The position numbers were made by a program, and so were the translations under genes. Source: a virus (Duplodnaviria > Caudoviricetes). Taken from it: a stretch of 42,520 nt of DNA. A model generated the notes under the pieces. It searched no databases and was not told the DNA's origin. It saw nothing but the letters and a program-made list of their open reading frames with translations. Shown here piece after piece: positions 10,140-19,761 of the stretch. Location: the IMG/VR virus record IMGVR_UViG_3300033076_000628, positions 1-42,520 of that record; one strand, given 5' to 3'. The stretch's first letter is position 1. Every line of letters starts with the position of its first letter.

Positions 10140-10579
10140 ACATGCTCCTTGCGGTAGTCTTCAAACCGCTCCGCCACAATATGTTTCCAAACCTCCGGCA
10201 TCAGTTCCGCAGCTTTTTCTGGACCTACGCAAACATGCACCATATAGGACACAATGTTACCCGCCGCATACCGGAGCCCATGCGCTATCTCCAGACTGTG
10301 CTCCTCACCCGTTTTCTCTAACGAATTAGCTGCCTGATATGCGGATACTACAGACACCCACATAGGGAGTATATCTCGCTGTATCCGTTGATAAAAGGGG
10401 TTTACTGGTAAATAGACTAAACAGATAAGAAAGGCATTGTTTATTTCGGCCTCGCTTGCCCCATTATCCTTATCTACCAGATCGTCCCACAGATGCGCCA
10501 AATCCACCATCATGCGGTACATATTCAGCGCATCTTCGTTGCCGCCAAACCATTCCAGTTTTCCAGCTTTGTTGTTCAT
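10130..10579 (-). CDS. all-helical protein with a DDxxD motif (isoprenoid synthase/prenyltransferase-like)
   Basis: HLWDDLVDKD; overlaps both neighbouring genes. Confidence 0.6.
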   Translation of the reverse strand: MNNKAGKLEWFGGNEDALNMYRMMVDLAHLWDDLVDKDNGASEAEINNAFLICLVYLPVNPFYQRIQRDILPMWVSVVSAYQAANSLEKTGEEHSLEIAHGLRYAAGNIVSYMVHVCVGPEKAAELMPEVWKHIVAERFEDYRKEHVWT

Positions 10580-11682
10580 GCCGGTAGATGCTTCGCTGCT
10601 TTCGCATCGACAGCCACTTTGTTCTTACCCACTGTCTTCTTACGCGCATTCTGCACACGCTCCATCATCGCATATAGTTGCCTTGAACCGGCCTCTGTAG
10701 AACCGTTACCTAGCTCGGAAACGACACGCGCAGGGACCACAAACTCGCCGTCCGCCAGACGCGCTGGGCGCTTGCCGCCAATATTCGCAGGGATGCTGTC
10801 GGACACGCCATCACCTGGGCCTCGCAACAACTGCCCGCCATCAGAGTAGTCGCCTAAACTTGCAATGCCTCCATGTGCGTATGCCTGTCCGCCGTGTGCT
10901 AAGTTTTCGTTTTGTTCTTGTGCGCTAGACATATACGGATCGATGCTGGAAGGTGTGAGTGCGGGGACTCCGCCTCCTGCTAGCTGCATAATGCCGCCTT
11001 CTGCGTATTTGGGTACCCAAGTGTCGTCAAAGTACCGTCTTTCTGCAGAACTTCCTGTGTCCACCTGCCCTGACTGGTTGTTTCGTTGCAGTTCATAAGG
11101 GCGTATTTGCCCTTGTCTAGTCGTGCCTGCAGCAAAATTTCCAGAATCTCCGCTTTCTAGTAGTGCTGGTGCTATCCCCATTAGCCCGCTCTTGGCAAGC
11201 GACTTCCAATCCCCGCCAGAGCCTAGGTTAGATAGTACGCCAAGTGGGCCTGCAGGCGCTCCGCCATTAGCCGCAAAATCAGCGTACTGATCTGCAGACA
11301 TCTTCGCGACATCCGTAGCCCCGAGTCCGCCCGCACCCAGCAACCCACTAGCCAAGTTACCTCCACCGTACGCACCTAGCCCCGCAGCCAAGCCTTTTCC
11401 CAAATCGCCAGACTGGAGCGCCGTTAACCCACCTAGCGCGCCTGCGGTAACCATGGGCGGGATACCGAATGCCATGCCCGCAGCACCGGCTAGCATAGGG
11501 AGCATGCTCTTCAGCGAAAATGCTTCTACAAGACCCGTATCTGGATTAGTGGTTAGTTCTGTACCACCCGCCTTTGCCAAGGCTGCAAGCCCTCGGACTT
11601 CCTCGGGGGCCATATGCACTAGCGTAGTGTCCCCATTACGCCCTCTGGCGGCTAGCTTTTTGGCGGTTGTGTGTAACTTCAT
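10576..11682 (-). CDS. internal virion/ejection protein with Gly-rich hydrophobic segments and a C-terminal GPGDG-SDSIPA-GEFV domain
   Basis: N-terminal GRNGDTTLVH...TNPDTGLVEAF; Gly/Ala-rich middle; C-terminal domain of the kind found at tape-measure C-termini; RBS AAGGA. Confidence 0.75.
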   Translation of the reverse strand: MKLHTTAKKLAARGRNGDTTLVHMAPEEVRGLAALAKAGGTELTTNPDTGLVEAFSLKSMLPMLAGAAGMAFGIPPMVTAGALGGLTALQSGDLGKGLAAGLGAYGGGNLASGLLGAGGLGATDVAKMSADQYADFAANGGAPAGPLGVLSNLGSGGDWKSLAKSGLMGIAPALLESGDSGNFAAGTTRQGQIRPYELQRNNQSGQVDTGSSAERRYFDDTWVPKYAEGGIMQLAGGGVPALTPSSIDPYMSSAQEQNENLAHGGQAYAHGGIASLGDYSDGGQLLRGPGDGVSDSIPANIGGKRPARLADGEFVVPARVVSELGNGSTEAGSRQLYAMMERVQNARKKTVGKNKVAVDAKAAKHLPA

Positions 11683-11704
11683 GGCGGACGTCCTTGTTTA
11701 TCTA

Positions 11705-11713
11705 ATGTTACCA
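11705..11713 (-). promoter_or_regulatory. putative extended -10 promoter upstream of the ejection genes
   Basis: TGGTAACAT in an intergenic gap; the same TGG+hexamer pattern occurs in three other gaps. Confidence 0.4.
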
Positions 11714-11730
11714 GTTTCGCTTGTTTTTGC

Positions 11731-12336
11731 CTAGGCGGCACTATTAGGGAATAGATAATTAGCGGTGAGATACACGGAGGGCACTTCCGGTACGGGCGCT
11801 GTTGCAGCTTCATGTAATAAAAAAACAGCAGTATTTTCCACAGACCAAAATAACTCGAAATAATCTCCTGCTTGCATAGTCAGTAAGTAGTTTCTGGAAA
11901 CAGTACGTTCATCTGTAGGACCGTTGACCACAGTTTTACTAGCGGAGGCCGCCACGTCAACCCCGTTAACACGAAACCATAAGTGTGCGTGGTGTATGCC
12001 TCCCCCGCTATTATCGAACTGCGCAACAAACTGCACGTTATACACACCCGCTCTAGATACCTGAAAACGAGAAGTTGTTATCGGCGATATACCGTAGTTC
12101 TCCGCAGTAGTGTTAAACGTAACGGGGTAAGCCGTATTTGCTGCTACAGCTGTTTGGTTAGTCGTATCGTAGAACGTACCGTAGTTATTGAACCCGAGCA
12201 ACAGTTGTTGAAGTGCGTTTGTTATTTGGTTAAAAAACAAACGCAGGTCATTATTTTGACGGCTGTGGTACCCCGAATCGTATGCCGCTGGTGGACTGGG
12301 TAGGTTCGGCGCAACAGGGTTGCGTATTTGACTCAT
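11731..12336 (-). CDS. tail-associated protein with a beta-sandwich (C1q/BclA-like) C-terminus
   Basis: N-terminal helix LRLFFNQI, then YGTFYDTT...AGVYNVQF beta-rich region; follows the nozzle gene. Confidence 0.55.
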   Translation of the reverse strand: MSQIRNPVAPNLPSPPAAYDSGYHSRQNNDLRLFFNQITNALQQLLLGFNNYGTFYDTTNQTAVAANTAYPVTFNTTAENYGISPITTSRFQVSRAGVYNVQFVAQFDNSGGGIHHAHLWFRVNGVDVAASASKTVVNGPTDERTVSRNYLLTMQAGDYFELFWSVENTAVFLLHEAATAPVPEVPSVYLTANYLFPNSAA

Positions 12337-14675
12337 TACGTTTTTCTGCCGTCAAGCCGCACGTCAATTCGAGTCGCGCCTACTTGCCATGTGGTGTCAA
12401 GCTGGTTACTGCGCACTTCCATAGACATCTGCCTACCACGCACACGTGTATTTATCTGCCCCGTGTACTGCTCCACTGGGTACGATACCGACTGCACTAC
12501 AGTGCCGCTTGCGCTACCCCCGATAGACGCCGGTGTGTTATATCCAGAACCAGAGTTCTTCAACGTATTGAGCGTTATCACCAGTGATGGATTTGCTGCG
12601 GTGGAGCCACGAAATGTCACGTCCGGAAGGATACGCCACACAAACCCAAACACCTGCCCGTCGCCAATATCAAACTCCGTAGATAAAATGTAAGACTCAA
12701 ATGGAACAGGTGTGCCAGATGTATTGTCATTAAGCCCGTATTCATGGAATACCAGCGTATCGTCGTATGTAGCTGCCAAAGGATACATATTCAATCCAGA
12801 ATCGATCCACGCTGTGCGCGCCATCTGGCCGTTATACCAGCAGTCCTCTAGGTAGTTATATACAACGTACCTGTTGATCGTATTGCTTTCTGCTGTGCAG
12901 TAGAAAAACCATACTTCGTTAAAACCCTCATTGGTCCCCGCAAAGAATTGGTCTTGTTGCTCTCTATTGATGTCCTCAAAAATGTACTGTTTCAAATCAC
13001 AGCGCAGTGTCTGCAAACGCCCGTCGTACTTGTAGAACTTATCAACACCCATCCAATAGACAACGCCCGAAGCGACTGCTGCAGTATTCGGTCCCGCAAT
13101 AGAAATATTGTCGCCCAGCAACTGTGACCCCCACACGTACGGAGGCCCTAAATACTGTAAAGAATACAACGCGGCATCGGTCCAAACAACTATTTCTTGC
13201 CGAGTTTGAAGTGCAGTAACTATCCTAGACCCTCTAGACAATCGTGTTCCGCCTGCTTGGTTCGTAGCTGCGGGCGTCCAGTTTACGGCGGATTCCTGAT
13301 CGGACCACCGAATAAACATAGGATCTATGGTTGTTTCCCCGATGGGGTTTACTCCGAGCGCTAACACAAATCTACTGGCGTCGGACACCAGTAGATTATT
13401 CTGCAACGTAGGTACATCGGAAGCGCCTGCCAACGATGTCAGCGGTGTCCCCCTAGCGCTCAAATACTGCGTTCCAGACTGACTGCCCGAAGTGTTAATG
13501 GCCGCGCCCCCCGCAGTAGCAGACACGTTACTTGTAACTCCGGACGGGCTTTTCACGTAATATACAGTTCCTGCAACCAAACCAGTAGGAAGTGCGCCAG
13601 AAGTCTCAAAAACAACCGCCGTATTAGCCGGTATCGTAGTAGGCCACGTAACCACCGCAGGAGATGCTATCGTGATAGTTACAGGCTGCCTTACAAAATT
13701 CTGCAAATAATTCCAATAGTACAGCCCAGCTCCACGATACCCAAAAATAAGATCCTGCCCAAAATTAGCAAAATTCCAGATACGCAGCGAGTTTGTTGAA
13801 GTTCCGCCTACACCATAAGTGCCGGAGCCCCAAGTACCAGCCCCCCATCCAGAAAGTCCTGCGGATACCGCGCTGCCCGCAGGTATATCGTATATAGCGT
13901 TTACTGTTGTACCGCCCGTGGCGGTATCGTACGCATTAGCTGCAACCCCTGTGTCTATAGTGAAAGAACCGCCGCTCACAACAGTAATCTCAAAATCGGA
14001 GTTTAGTACGTCCGCAGTCATTCCTCCGACTACACTTAATGTATGCGTACCGGACTGTGCGCCCGTTGTGTTTATAGCAGCACCGTCCGGTACGTTCGCC
14101 AAATTACAAGTCGAACCTGATTCATTAACAACGTAGTACGTCGGTCCGGACAACAAACCGGTAGGTAGCGCTCCGGTTGTCAAAAGGGATACGGGCGTGT
14201 TGTGCGCCAAAGGTACCGTGAGCGTTACTACTGCAGGGGATGCTATTGTTACCGTAAATGCCTGTGTACTTAGCGCAAGTGCTCCAGAGAAAGAAACATA
14301 ATCTCCGGTAGCGGCTCCGTGGGCTGCTGCAGTAACAGTAATTGTGCTCGATCCGTTAACTGCTGCAAAAGGGCCGCTGTACGTAGCATACTTACGCGCG
14401 GGTGTAATATCGTTGTATCCGCCCCCGGAGAGTATATACGTCTTGATGTTAGTTCCTACAGCGTTGATTATGTTGCCAGCAACACTCGCCCAAGACCACA
14501 GCGACCTACAAATTCCTAAGAAAGAAAACGCAGACACCCGCGCCCACCCCCCGATACACTCGGGAGTCCCCTGACGGAAACGTACTTTGTCCGTGTCCCA
14601 CCAACCACCTTCGTTGAATAAACGTGTGTTCTCTTTATTTACGCCCGCTTTTGGTGTGAACTTTTGTAACGGCAC
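12336..14675 (-). CDS. tail nozzle / DNA stabilization protein (P22 gp10-like) with two inserted ~75-aa beta domains
   Basis: 779 aa beta-rich; IRWSDQE, VYWMG, YVVYNY..W motifs; conserved position in podovirus tail modules. Confidence 0.75.
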   Translation of the reverse strand: MPLQKFTPKAGVNKENTRLFNEGGWWDTDKVRFRQGTPECIGGWARVSAFSFLGICRSLWSWASVAGNIINAVGTNIKTYILSGGGYNDITPARKYATYSGPFAAVNGSSTITVTAAAHGAATGDYVSFSGALALSTQAFTVTIASPAVVTLTVPLAHNTPVSLLTTGALPTGLLSGPTYYVVNESGSTCNLANVPDGAAINTTGAQSGTHTLSVVGGMTADVLNSDFEITVVSGGSFTIDTGVAANAYDTATGGTTVNAIYDIPAGSAVSAGLSGWGAGTWGSGTYGVGGTSTNSLRIWNFANFGQDLIFGYRGAGLYYWNYLQNFVRQPVTITIASPAVVTWPTTIPANTAVVFETSGALPTGLVAGTVYYVKSPSGVTSNVSATAGGAAINTSGSQSGTQYLSARGTPLTSLAGASDVPTLQNNLLVSDASRFVLALGVNPIGETTIDPMFIRWSDQESAVNWTPAATNQAGGTRLSRGSRIVTALQTRQEIVVWTDAALYSLQYLGPPYVWGSQLLGDNISIAGPNTAAVASGVVYWMGVDKFYKYDGRLQTLRCDLKQYIFEDINREQQDQFFAGTNEGFNEVWFFYCTAESNTINRYVVYNYLEDCWYNGQMARTAWIDSGLNMYPLAATYDDTLVFHEYGLNDNTSGTPVPFESYILSTEFDIGDGQVFGFVWRILPDVTFRGSTAANPSLVITLNTLKNSGSGYNTPASIGGSASGTVVQSVSYPVEQYTGQINTRVRGRQMSMEVRSNQLDTTWQVGATRIDVRLDGRKT

Positions 14676-14684
14676 TTTACGTCT

Positions 14685-15191
14685 CTATTTGACAGGTTGA
14701 GAATTAGCTAGCATTACATTTTTACTCTGTGAACCGTGCGTAGTACCAAACCAAAAAGCGCATGCGCCCGTCCATGCGGTACCGAGACTACCTAACATTA
14801 TCATAAGCGGTGCCGATTCTTTCACTTCAGGATACGCAAACATAGCCCCCAGCACGCCGAAAAAACCTAATGTAAGTAGGTATGTCAGTACCGCAGGCAC
14901 ACTAGAAAGAGTCGCCTTCTGCATATCTCTCGCACTATTACGGTCTGCTGCGGCTATCTGTTCCAGACGAATATCGTTATCTTTTAGAAACTTCTGAAAA
15001 TCGATTTCAGCTAACTTAATGGCCGCCAACTGATCTGGAGACATCTTCCCGCTATTAAGTACGTCAGTAACAGCTTCAATTGTTTTAGATTCGATCCCTA
15101 GCTTATCTGCTAAAAAAGAAGCCGCCGCCCCGCCAAGAGGTCCTCCCAAGGCGGTGCCGATCATCGGGGCGAGCGTTTTAAGCCAATCCAT
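14685..15191 (-). CDS. holin-like membrane protein
   Basis: N-terminal APMIGTALGGPLGG, two C-terminal TM helices ending FWFGTT; adjacent to the endolysin. Confidence 0.65.
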   Translation of the reverse strand: MDWLKTLAPMIGTALGGPLGGAAASFLADKLGIESKTIEAVTDVLNSGKMSPDQLAAIKLAEIDFQKFLKDNDIRLEQIAAADRNSARDMQKATLSSVPAVLTYLLTLGFFGVLGAMFAYPEVKESAPLMIMLGSLGTAWTGACAFWFGTTHGSQSKNVMLANSQPVK

Positions 15192-15202
15192 AGAAGCTCC
15201 TA

Positions 15203-15628
15203 TTATTGCCAGACACCTGTCCGCATCTGTACTGCTAGTCGTTCAGCGCGCTCTGGTGTCTGTGCGGCCCACTTACTTTGCAACATCTGTGTCGATGCTT
15301 CCGCATACCTACCCACAGCAACCAGTCCAAGCGTTGTCTTAAACCCTAGTAGCCCGTCGGTACCCATCTGAAATGCCATGTTGAGAAGTGCGCCCTTGCG
15401 TGCATCATCGAGATCTTGGAACCACGGAAGCGCACGGGTAAGCGCGTCTATGCGGTTATTGATGTCGTTGCGTAGCATGTAGTCCATCTCGTCATCACGT
15501 AGACCGCCACCTTTACGTTCATCAACTAGTCGCCCAACACCGATAGTGTAGTATCCGAGATGGTCCTTATAGACACATTTGCGGCGGCCTTCATCCCGGT
15601 TCAGTTGCGCAGTAAGTTCAGAAATCAT
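15203..15628 (-). CDS. endolysin, GH24 (T4-like) lysozyme
   Basis: Catalytic E-x8-D-x5-T in DEGRRKCVYKDHLGYYTIGVG; NMAFQMG; SKWAAQTPERA. Confidence 0.92.
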   Translation of the reverse strand: MISELTAQLNRDEGRRKCVYKDHLGYYTIGVGRLVDERKGGGLRDDEMDYMLRNDINNRIDALTRALPWFQDLDDARKGALLNMAFQMGTDGLLGFKTTLGLVAVGRYAEASTQMLQSKWAAQTPERAERLAVQMRTGVWQ

Positions 15629-15963
15629 TTGTCAGCTTTCTTTGCCAAACCTTCATGAATAGCAGTCAACAGCTCTCTGTGTAGGTCTTCTCTGCGCTGC
15701 GCGTGCTCATCCAGCTTGTCTACAAGTTTCTCGATTTGTCTTCGCGATACAGAAGCCGCCGCATCCGTATCATCTATACGTCTATAAAACTCGGTTTTAA
15801 CTGCATCTATCTTGGCATTAAGATACTTATGATTGTCTTCTATCTTGGCATTAACCATGCGCCAAATAATAGCGCTCAAACTGCCTACGAGCGTGCATGC
15901 GCCTACCGCAAAGGCCCAAAAATAATCTGCCAAAACTCCAATAACACTCGGGTCTACTCTCAT
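15625..15963 (-). CDS. single-TM coiled-coil protein in the lysis cassette
   Basis: Hydrophobic N-terminal segment followed by a charged helix; ATGA overlaps with neighbours. Confidence 0.6.
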   Translation of the reverse strand: MRVDPSVIGVLADYFWAFAVGACTLVGSLSAIIWRMVNAKIEDNHKYLNAKIDAVKTEFYRRIDDTDAAASVSRRQIEKLVDKLDEHAQRREDLHRELLTAIHEGLAKKADK

Positions 15964-16250
15964 ACTGCCGCCTTGATGTGTTTACCTGTAGGGGAAGCTC
16001 TATTTATTCTCCGCGCAAGAGAAAAGAACAGTGCCCAGTCAGGATTATCGATGTCTGTACAAAGTCGCTCCAACATATCTGAAATAGTCCATTCGCCTTT
16101 ACGCGGCATACCCGCAAGTTCTGCAAAAGTAGTGTGTGCAACAAACACGTCTAGTACGTACGCTACTGCTGCGTGCAGCACATATTTTTTATCGCCAAGC
16201 TCCGCATAACGAAATGCGTACGGCATAAGTTTTAATAGTACCAAGATCAT
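15960..16250 (-). CDS. hypothetical protein
   Basis: 96-aa ORF in operon; WTISDML motif. Confidence 0.55.
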   Translation of the reverse strand: MILVLLKLMPYAFRYAELGDKKYVLHAAVAYVLDVFVAHTTFAELAGMPRKGEWTISDMLERLCTDIDNPDWALFFSLARRINRASPTGKHIKAAV

Positions 16251-16259
16251 ACAAATATC

Positions 16260-16646
16260 TTACTCACCTAAAATCGCCAACTGAGATCGTAGTTCGGCTA
16301 TAGCTGAATCGAATTCCTTCACCGCCACATACCCGGGGTTATTGCCCAGCACGTCAGCAGCAGAAACAGGACTATCTTCCGTATTCAACTGCAGTGCAAT
16401 TTGCACTGCTTTCTCTTCGGCAATAGCCAATAGACTTTCACGTACAGGTCTTGCTAAAAGAGTTTCACTTTCCATATTTTTTATTGTTTCTTTTAGGCGC
16501 GCTATTTCTTTATTTTTACTGTATTCCGCATACTGCGTTTCTGCATCTGCTAGTAGCCCTGTATCGAGTTCAACAAAAACACCCGAGGCAACCTCGTACG
16601 TTACCCCGCGCAAAGATACATTAGTATCATGTATTGCGATAATCAT
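16260..16646 (-). CDS. hypothetical protein, possible tail fibre chaperone
   Basis: Follows the fibre-like genes; helical; ATGA overlap with upstream gene; RBS GAGG. Confidence 0.55.
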   Translation of the reverse strand: MIIAIHDTNVSLRGVTYEVASGVFVELDTGLLADAETQYAEYSKNKEIARLKETIKNMESETLLARPVRESLLAIAEEKAVQIALQLNTEDSPVSAADVLGNNPGYVAVKEFDSAIAELRSQLAILGE

Positions 16647-17194
16647 GCGGCTACCTCAATAACAAAAAGATATGCTGCCGACACTCCACCAAACTTGCGC
16701 CCGCTAGATGTTCCGTTAACGTACGCAGTCCCCGTATCCACTCCGTAATTTAGTGTGAAGGTCGTGCTCGCGGTGCTCCCCGCAGCAACAATAAAACTAC
16801 CGCTTAGATTAGACATTTGGACGTTATCTCCGCCCCCAGAAACAGTGCCCTTAGCCGTGCCATCCCTGAATACTGCTACTGATATATGTCCTGCAGAAGT
16901 GCTTGCGGCCCCGGTAAAAAACCAAATACACATAAGACTACTAGCACTGCTTTGTGGCGTTATTGTTGCCGTAAGTATCTGTAGTCCTTCGGAACTTAGT
17001 GGGGCCGTATCGTCGAAAGGTAATGTTGCCGCGGTGTTGGTGTATGTTGTATACGGTGTTGCCGCCGCCACTTGCAATACGCGTTTGCTCCCTAAACCCG
17101 TCAAAATACCAGTAGCATCAAATGTTACTGCATCTGTGCCGTTTATCTGAAGTGCTCCTGTAGTTGAGGTCGGGGCAGATATTCCTGTTGTCAT
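16643..17194 (-). CDS. tail fibre/receptor-binding-like protein
   Basis: Thr/Ser/Gly-rich beta protein, RVLQV...ITPQSSASS...FVIEVAA; ATG 17194 just after the upstream stop. Confidence 0.6.
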   Translation of the reverse strand: MTTGISAPTSTTGALQINGTDAVTFDATGILTGLGSKRVLQVAAATPYTTYTNTAATLPFDDTAPLSSEGLQILTATITPQSSASSLMCIWFFTGAASTSAGHISVAVFRDGTAKGTVSGGGDNVQMSNLSGSFIVAAGSTASTTFTLNYGVDTGTAYVNGTSSGRKFGGVSAAYLFVIEVAA

Positions 17195-17196
17195 AA

Positions 17197-17859
17197 TCAA
17201 CCTTCATACATAATATTTACAGAACCTGCATCAAAAATGTCTGTACCGTTAACAGTAGTCAGCCGAATGCGGTCTAAGGTTGCTGCGGTAGTCTTAGTCC
17301 CATACAGCCACGCCGAATAGGACGCGTTGGACTGCCCTATACCACCGGTCGCAACCCATAAGTTAGCCCCAAATAGAGTAAACGTCAAAGCTCCATGTCG
17401 AATAGCGTTCGCTGTCTGCTCGTCCGTTAGTTCAAATCCTGCCGTAAAATTCGCACTCCCTGCGCTGGCTGATGCTACGTAGCTTCCTGAACCGGCATAC
17501 CCCGAAGTTTCAACACTGCCCCCGCCTAACTGAATGCGCAGCTTGCTTATGCCGTTGGTGCTTACACCATTCAGCATCATAGTGATGCGTTTTACCCAGC
17601 TCGGAATTGAAGTGAAGTCCACAGCAGTTACAGAAACCGTGTTTTGCGCAGTGGCAAGAGTTAAAAACCCTCCCGCAGATCCTTGACCCAGTGCGACTTT
17701 GCCACTGGAATCCACTGTAAGTACATCTTGTGTAGTAGCCCCGTTATTGCCTCTAGCCAACTTCATTGTTCCGTCCGCTGCCTGTGCGGTTAGCATGAAG
17801 TTATTGGTTGCGGTGGTGGAGTCGCCTAACTGCACATTGGTTTTTGTTACGCCTGCCAT
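17197..17859 (-). CDS. tail fibre-like protein
   Basis: DFTSIPSWVKRIT...LDRIRLTTVNGTDIFDAGSVNIMYE domain. Confidence 0.65.
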   Translation of the reverse strand: MAGVTKTNVQLGDSTTATNNFMLTAQAADGTMKLARGNNGATTQDVLTVDSSGKVALGQGSAGGFLTLATAQNTVSVTAVDFTSIPSWVKRITMMLNGVSTNGISKLRIQLGGGSVETSGYAGSGSYVASASAGSANFTAGFELTDEQTANAIRHGALTFTLFGANLWVATGGIGQSNASYSAWLYGTKTTAATLDRIRLTTVNGTDIFDAGSVNIMYEG

Positions 17860-17868
17860 CAGAGTTCC

Positions 17869-18435
17869 TTAAGAATACCAAACAACATACGAACCTGTTG
17901 TGTCCATTGTGTCCGCAGCGCCAGTTGTCGTTATCTGTAATTGCGTCAACGCCCCCGCTAATGGTTTTGTTGTGGAAATTGCGCCTGACCCACTGGAATC
18001 GCTCCTAGAAAAGCAGCCCATGGCGACCCACGTGTTTGTTGCAAGATCGAACAACCTAATAATTACCGTCGCTTGCAAGACCGCTGAAGAACTAAAACCG
18101 TCGCTCAAAATAATCCCCGTAGAGCCTGTAGTACCTCCTGTAGCACCAAGGTATCCAGATGCCTCTGGTCCTGAAACAGTGCCTAACCTAAGTACAGGTT
18201 GCGAAGATCCGCTAGTACCAAAACTGTAAAGCATGACCGTTACTTCTGTTGCCCAAGAAGGTATTGTATTTATAAGTGTAGTTGCCGTAACTGCAGTAAA
18301 CGCTGTTTTTGCCCCCCGTGTGAGTGGATACGCCAACTTAGCGTTTGTCACACTACTGTCTACAATTTTATCAGTCGTAACAGTTAAATCCTGTACAAGA
18401 CTAACGCCTGTCGTACCACTGATATTAACCGTCAT
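17869..18435 (-). CDS. tail fibre-like protein, paralog of 17197-17859
   Basis: IPSWATEVTV...LTQLQITTTGAADTMDTTGS aligns by eye with the neighbour; ATGA overlap start at 18435. Confidence 0.65.
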   Translation of the reverse strand: MTVNISGTTGVSLVQDLTVTTDKIVDSSVTNAKLAYPLTRGAKTAFTAVTATTLINTIPSWATEVTVMLYSFGTSGSSQPVLRLGTVSGPEASGYLGATGGTTGSTGIILSDGFSSSAVLQATVIIRLFDLATNTWVAMGCFSRSDSSGSGAISTTKPLAGALTQLQITTTGAADTMDTTGSYVVWYS

Positions 18436-19280
18436 ACAATACTCCAAACAGACCCTGTAGGTACCGTAACAATAACTCCAGTATTAAGCGCTATAGGCCC
18501 TGCCGACTCTGCATTTTTTACTTTGCCGCAAGACTGCACTCCGGAACCAGAAGAGCCGGCCGTAATAGCTGAACCCCCAACGGTAGTAGAAACTTGAAAA
18601 GTAGTAGAAGTAAGGCCCGTAGCTATTACATAGTACACGGTACCGGTAGAAAAATTAGTAGGTAGCGCGCCCGTAGTGTCGAAATATACGGGCTGTCCCG
18701 CAACGAAACTGTTAGGAAATGACACTACCGCAGACCCATTTGAAAACACAGCGCCCGCAACCTGCGCGTTCTCTCCTATTGTGTAGTCCGTGGTTATAAA
18801 AACATCGTTTTCCACAAAAACGGCATCTTCGCCTCCGCCAGTGGCCCCACCTCCGCCACCACCTGTTCCACTAACTGCGACAAAATCACTGGATTCTGTA
18901 TCCCACGCAACAACCGCCGAAGTGCCAAAAGGAACACTTACCCCCGTAGTCGGGGAAGAAGGCCCTCCACGCACTGTAATTGCTGCATTCGTGTTATTTA
19001 CAACGACATACACCTTGCTTTGCTTTGGTACAAATATGTTACGGGTTGTGCCGGGAGTTCCGGTAGCTATCAAAATAGCCATTCTGGCTTGATTTGCTGC
19101 ACCTCCACCTGTAGTAGTCGGTGTCCAATCACCAGCTGTTACATCTGCCGTTGCGTACCCTGCTACAGAGTCTTCTACTAATTGCGTTTGCTGCGAATTA
19201 AGTACGCTGCCCCAAGTGCCGTTAAGCTCCCCAGTTGTAGGTAGCACCAGACCTAGTAGGTTGGTATACGATGAAGGCAT
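18432..19280 (-). CDS. tail/fibre connector protein with an inserted ~75-aa beta domain
   Basis: N-terminal LGLVLPTTGELNGTWG, GGATGGG linker, C-terminal SAGPI...VTVPTGSVWSIV. Confidence 0.65.
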   Translation of the reverse strand: MPSSYTNLLGLVLPTTGELNGTWGSVLNSQQTQLVEDSVAGYATADVTAGDWTPTTTGGGAANQARMAILIATGTPGTTRNIFVPKQSKVYVVVNNTNAAITVRGGPSSPTTGVSVPFGTSAVVAWDTESSDFVAVSGTGGGGGGATGGGEDAVFVENDVFITTDYTIGENAQVAGAVFSNGSAVVSFPNSFVAGQPVYFDTTGALPTNFSTGTVYYVIATGLTSTTFQVSTTVGGSAITAGSSGSGVQSCGKVKNAESAGPIALNTGVIVTVPTGSVWSIV

Positions 19281-19313
19281 GCGTTAGTCCTCTAGCATAA
19301 ATGCGGTTTGCGT

Positions 19314-19322
19314 ATTTTGCCA
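19314..19322 (-). promoter_or_regulatory. putative extended -10 promoter
   Basis: TGGCAAAAT in the intergenic gap before the fibre genes. Confidence 0.35.
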
Positions 19323-19341
19323 CGCCACCACATTGTTGTCA

Positions 19342-19761
19342 CTACTCTAAACGAAGGATCGCGGTGGATGCCGTAGCTGCGGGAAACTGCACTGTAAAAG
19401 AACTGAGTGAAGTCTTGTCTGCGCCAAAATCTAATACGCAGACCGCTGTGTTACTTCCGCCGTATTTGTATATAAGTGCGCCTCGTGCAGTAAAAGCGGC
19501 GTTTATCGTGACATTAGCAAAAGACATGTACACCGTGGTTCCGGAAGCCGTGGGCTGCGTTATTACCGTAAGCGGAACGCCTCCAGCAGTATACCCAGAA
19601 GCCGCTATTTCACCCGTAGCTGTGTACGCCGTAGTCGCTTCCCCTAAAGTAGCATCGTTTGTGTACAGCGCCATGTAATACGTATCAGACGAGAAATTTA
19701 TAGCGCCATTCCACTGAGCTAGTTTAAAAACGTTACACACCGCATTGCCAGAGAATGCCAT
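19342..19761 (-). CDS. virion structural protein
   Basis: DTYYMALYT, GYTAGG, ARGALIY, VLDFGADK motifs recalled from such phage structural genes. Confidence 0.65.
   Translation of the reverse strand: MAFSGNAVCNVFKLAQWNGAINFSSDTYYMALYTNDATLGEATTAYTATGEIAASGYTAGGVPLTVITQPTASGTTVYMSFANVTINAAFTARGALIYKYGGSNTAVCVLDFGADKTSLSSFTVQFPAATASTAILRLE

Noticed and set aside
14685-16250. Spanin pair in the lysis cassette
   Set aside because: No lipobox-containing o-spanin recognised; 15625-15963 has a TM segment and coiled coil but cannot be called an i-spanin
16643-19280. Diversity-generating retroelement acting on fibre genes
   Set aside because: No reverse transcriptase and no near-identical TR/VR pair with adenine-specific mismatches seen
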